NCBI GenBank assembly: GCA_963833125.1
Contig: CAWHWX010000016.1
Span: 32,001 to 96,000 of the forward strand
Length of the DNA: 64,000 nt
Origin: Candidatus Bathyarchaeota archaeon
Lineage (GTDB): Archaea > Thermoproteota > Bathyarchaeia > 40CM-2-53-6
Reading direction: 5' to 3'
A program made the translations under genes and the position numbers. Position 1 is the stretch's first letter. Every line of letters starts with the position of its first letter. This document shows, piece by piece, positions 32,856-43,997 of the stretch. The notes beneath the pieces are model-generated. The model saw nothing but the letters and a program-made list of their open reading frames with translations. It did not search any database and had not been told where the DNA came from.

Positions 32856-33365
32856 ACAGAACAGCAACCCCGGACTGGTGGCGCTTTTGCCGATCGCCAT
32901 TTTCACCGCAATTGCGTGCGCGACGCCTGTTTCGCATTATGCAGTGTGGGCGATCCAAAAGCTTGGAATCAAATTTACGGTGTAACGGAGGGCCCGTGGT
33001 GAGGTCCTGCGAGACTGACAGTAACCGAAGGCGTCGCGCGGGTCGCCGGAAGGGAAGTTTATCGCGGCGTCGAGAATCGCATCGCAGAAGACATAGCTCC
33101 ACTAACTTCGCACCGTGCGATGGAGGGAATTGTGCCGCATCTCGTTGGGTCATCCGCCCTGGTCGCGGGATAGGAAGTGGATTTATATTGATTGCCTCGG
33201 ATGCCCGGATTACAGCTCGATATATCGAGCCTCGCGCCAGTAACATCAAGTTGGGACTCGCGGCCGGTTTGAGAAGTTTGACCCAGCCTAAGGGCGCGTA
33301 GGCGCTTGAGAAATGGCTTCGATCTATGCCATCCTTCAGTCCACCAGGTACAATCCCTCAGCGCA

Positions 33366-34306
33366 ATGCGGATAGAAAATCGAGCTCGATCAATGAGATC
33401 GCTTACATCGCGCGCAGAAGCGCAAGTTAGAGGCGAGGCCGAATGCCAAGCGCGAAAGGTCCCGTGGCCTGTGCTACTTGATGCCCGGAAACATATGTCG
33501 ATTGGGAGGCATTCACTCTTTGGGCGCGCGCCATCACTGAAGCGGAACAACAGATACCTGAATGGCTACGCAAGGTCGTCGAATCCCGATGCCCAGGTAT
33601 CACACCTCAGAAGGGCGAAAAGCTTTGGAAGAGTTTGGACAGATGGAAGCGCGAGATGATCTTCGAAAAACCAACTCGAGAAGGCTGGATGCGAGCCGTC
33701 AGCTTTTATGCTGTTCGAGACCTCACGTACGCACGGAAATGGGCATATTGGGAACACTGCGAGAGACTGTGGTCAGCGCGGCGTTCTTCCTTTTATCCTT
33801 CTTTTGAAGAATGGAAATCCGCGGTGGGAAACTGCGCCGACACGGTAATTGATTCCAGTGGGCTGCGGGAGGAGCGAAAGAAACTCGTGAAGGCAGCTCG
33901 TCTGGTCAGCTGCGAACAATTGCAGCGGGCCGTCGAATCTTATATCGAGCTCGAGGCCATCGCTTACTGGCTCAGGCCGATGGTCGAAGCTCGACTGTCG
34001 CTTCCCAGTAGCTTGGCCGAGGAGTTCAAAGCGCATTCTCCTTCCATCAGAATTAGTTCCGCGCGCGACTGGGATCAACTTTGGGATTGCATGCGACGCG
34101 CGGCTTTTCAGGAAGCTCAATGCGAAGGCTGGTTTGAACCTGTTGTTTACACTGCAGAACTCCACCCGCGGCGAGTGAAGGTTGCCGATTATTGGTCCTT
34201 CTACTGGGTGGATCATTGGCCCAAGGGCAATCCAGAATTGTTTCCTCCGTTCGAGCAGTGGCGTCGCGAGGCAGAGAATTACCTCCCAAACGAAGGTGCA
34301 AGCTGA
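33366..34306 (+). CDS. Trp-rich hypothetical protein with an internal domain duplication; frameshift near 33490
   Basis: Two units, each Y...EA...W.R...EA ... EGW ... YW ... (Y/F)P.FE.W. Confidence 0.65.
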
Positions 34307-34332
34307 AACCGAAATTCAGCTTGTTCATTCGG

Positions 34333-35064
34333 TCAATACAACTTGCCTTCCCCGGCGCTTCTTTTTCCGGCGACAGACTTCTTGACACAGCTATTCAAGT
34401 GGCGACGGAATGCGTTGCCGTAGATCTTTCGACCGCAGCGATCGCAAACGAACATCTTGAAGCTTTGCTTCCTCTGTGCAAACCACTCGCGCGAGTGGTC
34501 TCCGTTTTCACGTAAACCGAGGTCGCGCAACCACAGCCGCAGGTCGGTTTCGAGTCGCCGGCAATCTATCTCGTCGCTATGACCTTCCAGGAATCGTTCG
34601 AGCGATCGGTCTTTGACCCGACCTTGGTAGAGGATCAGCCAGCCTAATTGAACCCACCGCCGCACCTTGCGAGGCGATACGTGAAGCGCCTGAGCCAGTT
34701 CACCCTGAGTGTAGCCGTCCTGAAACTTGGCGCTCTCGCGAGATCGCCAAAGCACCTGATACACGGCGCCAGGGGTTCGACCCAGACGTTTTGCTATGTC
34801 GGCGACCGAGAACTCGCGCGCGTGGTCCAAGACAAAAGATTTCTCCTCTTCCGTCCACGGGTTCTTCCAGCTGCTTAAGTCTAACTCCGCCGTCCGTCTG
34901 AGGATTTGAATTACATTGAGGTCGGGATCTTGTGCCTTGATTCGTTGAACGGCTATTTGCAACCTGGACGGCCCGCCGGCGGCTCCGGCTTTGAGGATTT
35001 CGTCCAGGTCCGAGTCCCAATTTGACCGGCGCGGGTGATTGGGAAACTGTGGTCCCGTGCTCAA
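34333..35064 (-). CDS. Putative DNA-binding regulator (Myb/HTH-like, MerR-like HTH, C-terminal Zn finger)
   Basis: WTEEEKSFV...SVADIAKRLGRTPGAV; YTQGELAQALHVSPRKVRRWV; CDRC...H...C. Confidence 0.7.
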   Translation of the reverse strand: MSTGPQFPNHPRRSNWDSDLDEILKAGAAGGPSRLQIAVQRIKAQDPDLNVIQILRRTAELDLSSWKNPWTEEEKSFVLDHAREFSVADIAKRLGRTPGAVYQVLWRSRESAKFQDGYTQGELAQALHVSPRKVRRWVQLGWLILYQGRVKDRSLERFLEGHSDEIDCRRLETDLRLWLRDLGLRENGDHSREWFAQRKQSFKMFVCDRCGRKIYGNAFRRHLNSCVKKSVAGKRSAGEGKLY

Positions 35065-35421
35065 TCGACACTCCTTCCTTGGCGCGAACGCAGGTGTGAT
35101 TTGGCAATCGACACTGCTGCGCGTATTTCCGATGGGCGAAGAGTGGAACCGAAGGACCGTGGGTCAGGAAGGACAAATCAAAAGGAAGCGATGTTGACAA
35201 TTATTATAAGTACGTTCGTCAAAATTCGATGACCCTCAGTGCCGGTTCGTCGTTCAAATGCCCTCATATAAGTTCCATTCTATATAGTTCCCGCATGCCA
35301 CTGAAACGTTAAAGCGAAATGTCAACTTTATTTTTCTTTATTTTTCTTTCACCCTGCGCTGGCAAGGCGTCTTGGCCTGATAATAACGGGTGTTCGCCTT
35401 GCGCCGGACCCGTTATCAGTC

Positions 35422-36126
35422 ATGCGAGAGAAAGACGACAGATCGAATCGAGCTTTCACTTCGCCGCCCGGACAATCGTCCGTCGAGCCAGACGACGAAT
35501 TCCTACTGAAAAATATTCGCACTGGCGACGACGCCAGCTTTGCAAAATTGGTAGCTCGTTATGAGCGCAGCATGATCAGGGTGGCGAGGGCGTACGTAAA
35601 AGATCAGGCCCTGGCCGAAGAGGTTGTACAGGAATCGTGGCTGGCTGTTATTAAGGGAGTGAGAGGATTCAAACACCACTCGTCGCTTAAGACCTGGCTA
35701 TTCAGCATCCTGGTCAACCAAGCCAAGAAGCGCGCGGCTCGGGAAACAAGGGAGTCGCCGGACAGCGTGTCGTATGTTGGCGCAGCCGAAGTGAGTTCAA
35801 ATTCATTCGACGCGTCGGGGGAATGGCGTTTCGAAACTCCATCGTGGGATTTAACGCCGGAAGCAGAGCTTCTCTCGAAAGAAGCTGCCGAGCACATCAG
35901 AAGGGCCATTGATTGTTTGCCGTTCAAGCAGCGGGTTGTGATTACGATGAGGGATCTTGAGGGCTGGACGTCCGACGAAGTGTGTTTGTTAATGCAAATC
36001 ACGAGTACCAATCAGCGAGTGCTCCTGCACCTTGCGCGAACGAAACTGGAACAGATGCTCGATTCCTACTTTTCGGAACGAAGAAAGGCCCCAGCAAGTC
36101 GGGAAACTGAAGGACCAAAGCAATGA
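35422..36126 (+). CDS. ECF RNA polymerase sigma factor
   Basis: AEEVVQESW, SSLKTWLFSI, LPFKQRVVITMRDLEG, NQRVLLHLAR. Confidence 0.92.
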   Translation: MREKDDRSNRAFTSPPGQSSVEPDDEFLLKNIRTGDDASFAKLVARYERSMIRVARAYVKDQALAEEVVQESWLAVIKGVRGFKHHSSLKTWLFSILVNQAKKRAARETRESPDSVSYVGAAEVSSNSFDASGEWRFETPSWDLTPEAELLSKEAAEHIRRAIDCLPFKQRVVITMRDLEGWTSDEVCLLMQITSTNQRVLLHLARTKLEQMLDSYFSERRKAPASRETEGPKQ

Positions 36127-36503
36127 AGTGCATAGAAACTTTCGCCCGCGCGACCGACTATTTCGAGGGTGCCCTCGTACCATTCGAGAAACAGGAGATC
36201 GAGTCGCACCTGGCGACTTGCGAGAAGTGTCGCGGGCATTTCGAACATATTCGGCAAATGATCGCCGCGATGCGTAGCCTGCCGGAACCAACGACTCTAT
36301 CTCCAAAAGCGAAGGAACAAATCTTGGATGCCTTCAGGAAACAGCAATCTCAAATCTTGTTTTTTGGGATAACGAGCGTGCGCAGACTGGCGGTCGCGGC
36401 CGCGATAGGGATCGTACTTCTAGCAACAGTACTTTGGGTCATCAAGACGCGCCGACTTGTTCAAACGAGCCAATGTTTTCGAGCAGCTGCTTTGTCAAGG
36501 TAA
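36123..36503 (+). CDS. zf-HC2 anti-sigma factor, probably C-terminally truncated
   Basis: MKC...DYFEG...HLATCEKC followed by a TM segment; ATGA-coupled to the sigma gene. Confidence 0.85.
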   Translation: MKCIETFARATDYFEGALVPFEKQEIESHLATCEKCRGHFEHIRQMIAAMRSLPEPTTLSPKAKEQILDAFRKQQSQILFFGITSVRRLAVAAAIGIVLLATVLWVIKTRRLVQTSQCFRAAALSR

Positions 36504-37106
36504 TTGGAGTGAAGCGTATGTGCAAATGCTGTTCCAATGCCTCTGTGATGAGATCACGTTCCGCGACTGTGTGACAGCAGACCAGAGCTTTACGGGTGAC
36601 AACATCGATGAATATAAATCCTAGGTTCAGAGTGTAGACATGCTCTAAAACGGCGCTGGTAGACCAGTAGTGGATAATGTGGTGCCAGGTCACCTGCAAT
36701 TCAACAATCCTTGTTGTGGGATTCTCCACGGCAATGACTTGAAAATCCTTCAGTGGCGGCGTTGACAATTTCTTGAGCCTTGTGTTGATCGCGTCAAAAA
36801 ACACCGCTGCCTTTTGCTTTGCCTTCTTCGCGGTCTCCTCACCTTTTCCGTCCAGCGTGGCGACCATGAGATAGAAGCTCGGTTTGAAGGATATCAAGGC
36901 TTCTCCGACTCTCTGGAAAGACTTTCATCTTGGGTCGCGGCAAACGAGAGTTTCTCGGTTAGTGCGCTAGAGGAAGCTGCCGACGGATCGATAGCGAGAT
37001 ACCGGTTTGCTAAATCCCTCAACTGTTCCGCATTTTTTCCCTTAAGAGCGAGACAATGAGCGATTTTCAATCTTTTCTTGGTGCGGTCCCGGGAGCTGTC
37101 AGCCAC
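36442..37106 (-). pseudogene. Hypothetical protein, frameshifted and likely truncated
   Basis: GGAGG RBS plus GTG; ORFs 36894-37148 and 36442-36897 join; the 3' end collides with the anti-sigma gene. Confidence 0.5.
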
Positions 37107-37364
37107 TGTGGTACCTCCCGTAAGAAGTAAACGAATTCTTCGAGCCATCCTGCAAGAATTAATGGTAGCATTTCATCATCCTCTTCCCATCCGCCAGCTG
37201 AGACCTAAACTCCTTCAGATTCTCAGACTCTTCCGGCAAGCGCTTCGAAGCACTAAGTTGCCATAACTCTCGTGACACCCCGAACAGCCCCAGGAGGTCT
37301 CGTCGGCGCGAAACTGACGCCGATGAGGATCTGGCGAAGCACAGATACCGCTTCGGCTCGGCTT

Positions 37365-39179
37365 TCACCTATCTTTCGGAACGAAGACCACAAAGTTCGC
37401 TCCCAGCCTGTTGACATCAGCCTTGATTGAATTGAGCAATGCGTGAAGTTGCCGAATTCGAAGGATATCTCTCTCGTCTCTAGAGTTGAGCATATCGCGA
37501 GTTACATGCGGCTGAACAATTATGACTTCTCTTGACAGTTCGCTGTATGGGGCGTTGGCGATCATTTGGGGCAATTTGAACCATTGATTGTTCGGGAGAC
37601 TCTTCCCGTTTTTCCAGGCTCTCCGTATCTTCGCGGCTTCGAGCTTGGGCCGAAGAGCATCTGCGAGCACGGTCCTTTCCAGGTACCGAAGATTCTTGAG
37701 AGCCTGAGAGCAAACCACCTCAAACGGAGCAACTGCTACCTTCCGCATGGATTTGGCACTTCCTGCTGCTTTAACGTGAATCAACCTTAGGACTGACCCT
37801 TTGTCTCTTACGGTATCAAGGTTGATGAAATCTGCCACCTCGCCGGCTCCGTCGTCGCACCAAAGCCAGCCTTTGTTGAACTTGCGCCAGACCCAGGTGA
37901 ACAGGCTCTGATCGTCAGTACGGCCGGTGCGACCGGGATCCTCACCTTCCTTCTTCTGCGGGTTGCGATAGGGCTTTTCTCGGTCGATTTCAATATGTCT
38001 AAAGGGATCGAAGGAGAAATCTCGGAAAGGCATATCATGGACACGCGGCTGGAAGAATGAGCCATCCGAATATGTATGTTGAGATTCGTAATAGACCTTG
38101 AACAAGTCACGCTGCCTGCAGAGCTCGGCGAATTCATCGAGCTTTTCACGGAACTCCGGCTCCACGGAGGACACTTCAACAATTGGATCCCATTCATTCC
38201 GCGATGGCGCAAATGTGACCTTTATGATGCCAATCTTGTTTCTCTGTTGGCTGACCTCGAGTGAGAAGTTGGCACCGTCTGTGTCCACAATAGACCAGGT
38301 TCCTGACAGCCACCATTGTTCCACCAATCGGCTCGTTTCGGGGTCAGTCTCGACAAGCTGCTCCGGTGGAAGCAGGCCGACGTCGAACGCATTATTCACC
38401 TCGTCTAGCGAATCCATCTCATTAGCGATAATTGGTATGGGCGCTTTCTGTTTCTTGCTGTGGGCGACAAGTTCGAGGGTTCTTTGGGTATGCTGGATGA
38501 ACTCCTGCCAGTCGTGGGCAGGCCCAATCCACACCTTGGCTTGATGCGGCGAGACTCCAACCATCTCGGCGCCTATCGTTTGTGCATATCCGCCGGACCT
38601 GGCGGAGGTGAAGTGATAAGTTTGATCGCCTAGGGGATCAAGTCCGTCGCGGAGGTCCCGCCCACCTAAAACCTTGTTATCCGCCTTTACAGATACCGAG
38701 CGGTGCAATCCTGAAAGCCACAGAGTGCGAATAGGCCTTTCGCTCAGCAGTGCGTTCAATGACCCAGCCGAGACCGGGCTCAATGATGACCAAGCTCGAT
38801 AGCCGCCCTTGCTTGTCGCACTCGTGAAACGCTTTCCCAGCCCTTTGTCAGACGTACACAGGGCAAGGAGTCTGCCATTTGCCAAGAGTACAATCAGGTG
38901 GTTAACTTTGTCTCGAGGCCCGTCTGGCCCAAGGAACCAGGCCACTGGCAACTCCAGTTTATAGCTCATCGCTGCCACAGATTCATCCGACTTGCCTGAT
39001 TCGAAAGTGGCAATGGAGAAGGAGCCGGTTTTGCCCTTCAACCTGCGGGCAGCCTGCTTGATGATGAAGCGAGACTCTGTAAGCAATTTGCGAATGAAAA
39101 CTGGCTCAAGTTTGTCTTGGGCTTCGAACACCGTAAAAGACTTATAGGGCCGCAGCGCTTCGAATGAAATCTTGGCCAT
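37365..39179 (-). CDS. Large hypothetical protein with putative C-terminal PD-(D/E)xK-like nuclease domain
   Basis: CDDGAGEVADFI...LIHVKAA...VCSQALKN, reminiscent of TIGR04141/DUF6119-type motifs. Confidence 0.6.
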   Translation of the reverse strand: MAKISFEALRPYKSFTVFEAQDKLEPVFIRKLLTESRFIIKQAARRLKGKTGSFSIATFESGKSDESVAAMSYKLELPVAWFLGPDGPRDKVNHLIVLLANGRLLALCTSDKGLGKRFTSATSKGGYRAWSSLSPVSAGSLNALLSERPIRTLWLSGLHRSVSVKADNKVLGGRDLRDGLDPLGDQTYHFTSARSGGYAQTIGAEMVGVSPHQAKVWIGPAHDWQEFIQHTQRTLELVAHSKKQKAPIPIIANEMDSLDEVNNAFDVGLLPPEQLVETDPETSRLVEQWWLSGTWSIVDTDGANFSLEVSQQRNKIGIIKVTFAPSRNEWDPIVEVSSVEPEFREKLDEFAELCRQRDLFKVYYESQHTYSDGSFFQPRVHDMPFRDFSFDPFRHIEIDREKPYRNPQKKEGEDPGRTGRTDDQSLFTWVWRKFNKGWLWCDDGAGEVADFINLDTVRDKGSVLRLIHVKAAGSAKSMRKVAVAPFEVVCSQALKNLRYLERTVLADALRPKLEAAKIRRAWKNGKSLPNNQWFKLPQMIANAPYSELSREVIIVQPHVTRDMLNSRDERDILRIRQLHALLNSIKADVNRLGANFVVFVPKDR

Positions 39180-39398
39180 AAAGCTCTCACAAACGCCGTC
39201 TTCCGAGGAACGGCTCACTCAGAGATAAGTGCGCACGGCCACTCCGAGTATTACCCGTCTTTGTCGGAAGGAATGCCCACGCCGTCGCGCTACCCTGCCC
39301 GAAGGAACAAAGTTGAGCCCCAGATGTCTCGCCGACAGATATTTAGGGAGGTAGATCACCTCGCGTCGCGAGCGGCCGTTCGCTTGGAATTCGGTCCG

Positions 39399-39990
39399 CT
39401 AGAAGTTCACCTCGGTATCGTGAAAAAACTCCCGGCCCTTCAGGCTTTGCGTAGAAAACAGCGTCAACTGCTGACGAAGCTCGCTGACCAGCGTCTTTCG
39501 TGGGACTTCCGTGTGGCTGGCTTCGGAACCATGTTTGTGTTCCATGGTTGACATCAGCGAAACTAAACGATTCGGCGCGTGCTGGTTCGTGGATTTGTTC
39601 TTAAACATTTTCCAAAGCGACTTTGGGGTCGCATTGCGACTCCCATGGTGCCCCACTTTGTACAAGTTGACGTTGGAGAGCAACGGCTTGAACTTGGCTT
39701 GGCTCAGCGCGAACTGCCAATTCTCGATTTGCGCATCACCCGGAAATAGCAGGCGTTCACGGCCTATCTGAAACAGGAGGATGACGCTCGTGTTGTTCAT
39801 TGCTTTATCAAGCATCCGTACGATCTCAAGTAGCTGTTCGCCGCGCGTCGTACGCGCGTGAAAAATTAGCCATCGAGCGTCTATGGGAAAGTTCGGACCT
39901 CGGCTTCGCAAGTATCGAGGAAAAATCGTTGCTCCTGTCGCCCCGCCGGATGCGGCGAATTGCATAGCATTCGCCTGCAATTGCCAGAAT
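39399..39990 (-). CDS. MBL-fold (ComEC/Rec2-like) metallohydrolase, C-terminal part only
   Basis: NNTSVIL, LLFPGDAQ, YKVGHHGSRNAT; the N-terminal HxHxDH half is missing at the junction. Confidence 0.8.
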
Positions 39991-40588
39991 TCACCGGCCT
40001 GATGAGGTCAGGTTACAGCTCGAACGCCTCGGATTAGATGTTCCAGCTTTAGAGACAGACGGGAAGTTCAGGATCATAGACTGGTACACGTTCCAACTAG
40101 GCCAAAAATCTAAAGAGCAATACGCGGCGACTTCCTTGAAGGTCGCGGATCTAAGCATACTATACTCCAGAACCATGATTGCAAAAAGCTCCACGCCCAT
40201 CGCAACTTTACCTGGCACATACAGTGGCGCTGGATGGACTGGTTGGAAGGTGGAGTCCAACGTCCTCAGAATCTCGGATGAGGAGTTGGTAATCTTAAGG
40301 TTCAATGATGAGAAAAGCTTCATCGACCTCTGGCGCACGCGAGAACTTCCGAGCGCATCTGCAACGAAGTCCACGCAGATTATTGGCGCTGTTAAGGGAG
40401 CATATTCTGATTACGTCTACAAGTCTATGGAAGCTTCAGTTGATGGCGTAATCGATTTCAAGCTAGATGAAACGACTGACCCTGCTCAAAACCTGCTTCG
40501 GATTAGGAGCCTAAAAAATGTCGGTTTCGACGGGCGGTGGAAACGGCTCAAGATCAACGAGAAATTCGATGTGACCCTAGACCAGTGA
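39990..40588 (+). CDS. Archaeal RAD55/KaiC-like ATPase-domain protein, C-terminal part only
   Basis: Open frame PDEVRLQLERLGLDV..LE..GKFRIIDWY...MEASVDGVIDFK...LRIRSL; no start codon before the junction. Confidence 0.75.
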
Positions 40589-40639
40589 GCGCCCTCTCTG
40601 GCGAAAACGTCGGGAGTGTACACCGTGTAGAGCTGAGAG

Positions 40640-40746
40640 CGCCGGGGGTGGGATTTGAACCCACGAGACCTTGCGGTCATCGGATTAGCAATCCGACGCC
40701 ATACCAGGTTGCCAGATCAGGGTTAGGATCTCTTGGCTACCCCGGC
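40640..40746 (-). tRNA. tRNA-Ser(GCT) with a 23-nt intron at position 15/16 (40709-40731)
   Basis: Acceptor GCCGGGG/CCCCGGC, anticodon arm TCGGA-TTGCTAA-TCCGA, long variable arm GACC-GCAA-GGTC, T arm GTGGG-TTCAAAT-CCCAC, discriminator G, no encoded CCA. Confidence 0.95.
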
Positions 40747-40882
40747 AGCCGGCCGGTAGAGTCACCTACTATCTCATAAAATAGAGTTCTGTTGTGTGAC
40801 TAGTTGAGTAGAACGCTGATGAGGCGTAATCTGAGGCGATGGCTTTGAATAAACCCCTCTGTACGTATCAAACGAACTCTGC

Positions 40883-43682
40883 ATGCGCCGTACAATCAGA
40901 ACATTGGTTCTAATTGTTGCATTTGCGGCCGTGCTATGTCTGCGCTAATCGTCAACTTCCTATCGCAGAAGCGACGACTTACCCAACTGCGAAAGTGACC
41001 TCGGTTGACTCTCCGCAGCTCGTTTTCCCAGATTCGCCTTTCCAGGTGAATATTCATGCAGAATATTCTGACAAATTCTTGGCCGACGTTGGCATATGGG
41101 ACGCGGACGATGGGCTGATGGTTCAGAGCTTTACGTTAATCAGCCAGTTCACAGGTCCCGGCAACGTAACCTTCAGTCTCTCCCTAACATCCCCAACGAC
41201 ACCTGGCCAGTGGCATCTCATAGCCATGAATCGAGTTTGGTGGCAGAATGCTTGGTACGAGGATCCCAACGGAGCTATGCCCTTCACAGTAACAGTGGAG
41301 AGCCCGTCAAACAATGTGACCCTCACACTGGGTTCAAATGGAGTCGACACGCAAATTTCGGTTGACAACGCATCTTACCAGATTCAAAATGGATCATCCA
41401 TTCCACTCGTCCTACAACGAGGGCCACACTCATTGCAGGTACCACCGATTGTTCAGGGAAATATTGGAGAACGTTACGTCTTCGCCGGTTGGAGTGACGG
41501 TGTTAACTCGGATCCGCATGAAATATTCTTGACACAACCCACCACTATAACCGCTCTGTATAGAACCGAGTATTACCTGTCTGCTCAGTCGGAAATGGGG
41601 CAAGTGGTCGGCCAGGGATGGTACGAAAAAGGTGAACAAGCCACGGTGGCGGTCACCCCAACGATCACCGTCTCCTCTTTTCCCGGTTTGATAGACGAAT
41701 ATCGGTTCAATAGTTGGTCCGGTGGCAGCTATCCACCAAGCAACTTACTGACCCTTACAATGGATAGTCCAAAGCAAATCCGCGCCACTTGGATCAATGA
41801 CGGTACAACGATTGACCAAGGAGTCTTGATCGATCTTATACTCCTAGGCTGCTTGCTGTTGAGCGTTCGGCTCGTCTTTCTCCTCTATCGGAGGCGTGGG
41901 CAACCTCAAGTTCAGGGTCAAGGCGGTGGGCGTACCGTCAGATTGATTTGTATCGTTTTTTGCTTACTTCTTTTATCCGTGGCATTTCCCAACGTTTTCG
42001 CGCAATTGCCTTCACAACCTGGGGCTTCAATCGTAAAGATCGGAGATGCCGAATGGTACTACTGGAATCGACCCGGCAGCGACACCTGTCTTCTTTGGCT
42101 AGGGGGCGGAATCCCTCAAGAAGCTGAGCCGGGATCCTACGGGTATCTCATTAATCCGTTCGATTACGAGTCATTCGGAACAATCCGCTTCATCCAAAGC
42201 CTGGCGAGTTACTACTGCGTCCTAGCTCTGCAACAAGGGTCAACGGAAGGATTCAACCCTGCGGCGAACCGAACCATCAATCAAGAACTCTTCACCCCAC
42301 AGACAAGGTTGATTGAAGAAGTGCACAAGTGGATTAGCGAGCAGGGCTATCCGCATACTTTCGTAGTAGGTTACTCGGTGGGAGGCCAAGCCGCTACCGC
42401 AGAACTTACGCTCACCCATCCACAAGAATGGTCAACTCAAGACGGGCTTATTCTAATCACAGTCCCCTTCGGCCAAGATGTACTCAAGAACGCAAATGAG
42501 TTACGGACGAATCTATTCATAATCTATGGGGGAAATCTACCGGACTACGAGGCCACTGGCATTCAATACTTCAACAGCACCCCTCCGGAGGGACTAGTTG
42601 GGACGGAGTATACTCACAAAGAATTCCACGTGATCGCAGATGCTGGACACGAGGTTTGGACAATCCGTGCCACAGGCGCCTATGACACGCGTGCCCTCAA
42701 CTTGATTGTCGGTTTTATTGAAAGATCGAAAGTGTTGCAACTTAGAACCAGTTTAGAATCAGGTGTAAGCAATTCGACAGCAACCATAATGGCACAGATA
42801 ATTTCGGTGCAAGCACCAAAGAAAGTAGCGCAAGGCGAAACCTTCGTCGTCAACTGCAATCTGACCTTGAATTCTCAAACCGGGCAAAGAATTCTTGCCG
42901 CCTATGACACGGATCAGAGAACGATCTTAACCGAAACCGCGTTAGCAAACAATAGCGCAATGGCCAGCCTGGTGATTCCGCCAATCTTGAACAGCACCGA
43001 ATCATCCATCTCTCTCTTCGTTCTTCAGAACTCTAATGGTAAATGGTCACAAGTCTCCAACGCTTATACGGTAAAAGTAGCGGTTACTAATCTTGTAACC
43101 GTGACCATCAATTCCACTGTCCCAGGCATGGTATTTTCATTCGACGGCTCACAATTCGCCACTAATTCCAGTGGCTTAGCAGAAATTCATACTACGCCGG
43201 GTCAGCACTTGATACAGATCCAACCATTCGTTTATTTGAGCAATGCCTCTAGGTTGCGTTTCACAGGTTGGGAAGACTCAACTAACGCCACGACTAGGCA
43301 GCTAAACCTAGAGAACGACACCACCCTAGACGCAATTTACACGCAACAATACCTCCTACAAGTCAGTTCACAATACGGACAACCCATCGGCTCAGGATGG
43401 TACGATGCAAACTCATTGGCCACAGTCCTAGTTCAGCCACCGATGCTCAACGAGCCACCGGTCTTTTTCTCGAATTGGACAACTGGAATGAACCAATCAG
43501 AAGTGAGAAACTTAATCCCTGTAGACTCACCAACGATGGTTGCGGCGGTGTGGAATAGCACACCCAGCTCCCAAGAACCAACAAGCCCGTCGCAAAATCC
43601 ATGGTTAATTCTTTCCGCACTAGCTTTCATTATTCTACTCGTTCTGAATCTCAAGACCCGCACAAAGCGTGAGAATAGGTGA
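40883..43682 (+). CDS. Membrane-anchored multidomain protein with beta-sandwich repeats and an alpha/beta-hydrolase domain
   Basis: Repeats F.GW.D...Y.L.V.S..G...G.GWY; GYSVGG nucleophile elbow and AGHE; internal and C-terminal TM segments; start probably ATG 40883 with an early frameshift. Confidence 0.75.
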
Positions 43683-43709
43683 GTTGAGAAGGATGAGTAA
43701 ACTTGGGCG

Positions 43710-43997
43710 GTGTATTCTTTGAAGAAGCGTGCCCGCGTCGATATTTACGCGGACATTATGGAAGTGCTCAAACATCGACCCGAGGGAGCTCTAGTGACCA
43801 GAATCTCCTACGGTGCAGGTCTTCCGCTCGATCGAGTCAAACCCATGCTCGAATCACTAGCAAACTTCGGGTTGCTTTCCATTCGCATTTCAGGGGAAAG
43901 TCGAGTCTACCACATAACTCGGCGAGGGTTAGAATTCCTTGAGGCTTACCGAAAAGTTCAGGGCTTCATGACATACCTGGGAAGCGACCAGCAATAG
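43710..43997 (+). CDS. Archaeal winged-helix transcription regulator (HTH_45-like)
   Basis: RARVDIYADIMEVL...TRISYGAGL...YHITRRGLEFL. Confidence 0.85.
   Translation: MYSLKKRARVDIYADIMEVLKHRPEGALVTRISYGAGLPLDRVKPMLESLANFGLLSIRISGESRVYHITRRGLEFLEAYRKVQGFMTYLGSDQQ

Noticed and set aside
35383-35416. ECF autoregulatory promoter AAC...CGT upstream of the sigma gene
   Set aside because: Spacing of 23 nt is too long; it is only a 9-bp inverted repeat
39990-40746. ICE integrated at tRNA-Ser in an archaeon
   Set aside because: The tRNA is ~650 bp from the junction, inside archaeal sequence; no att duplication or integrase is seen and both flanking genes are cut
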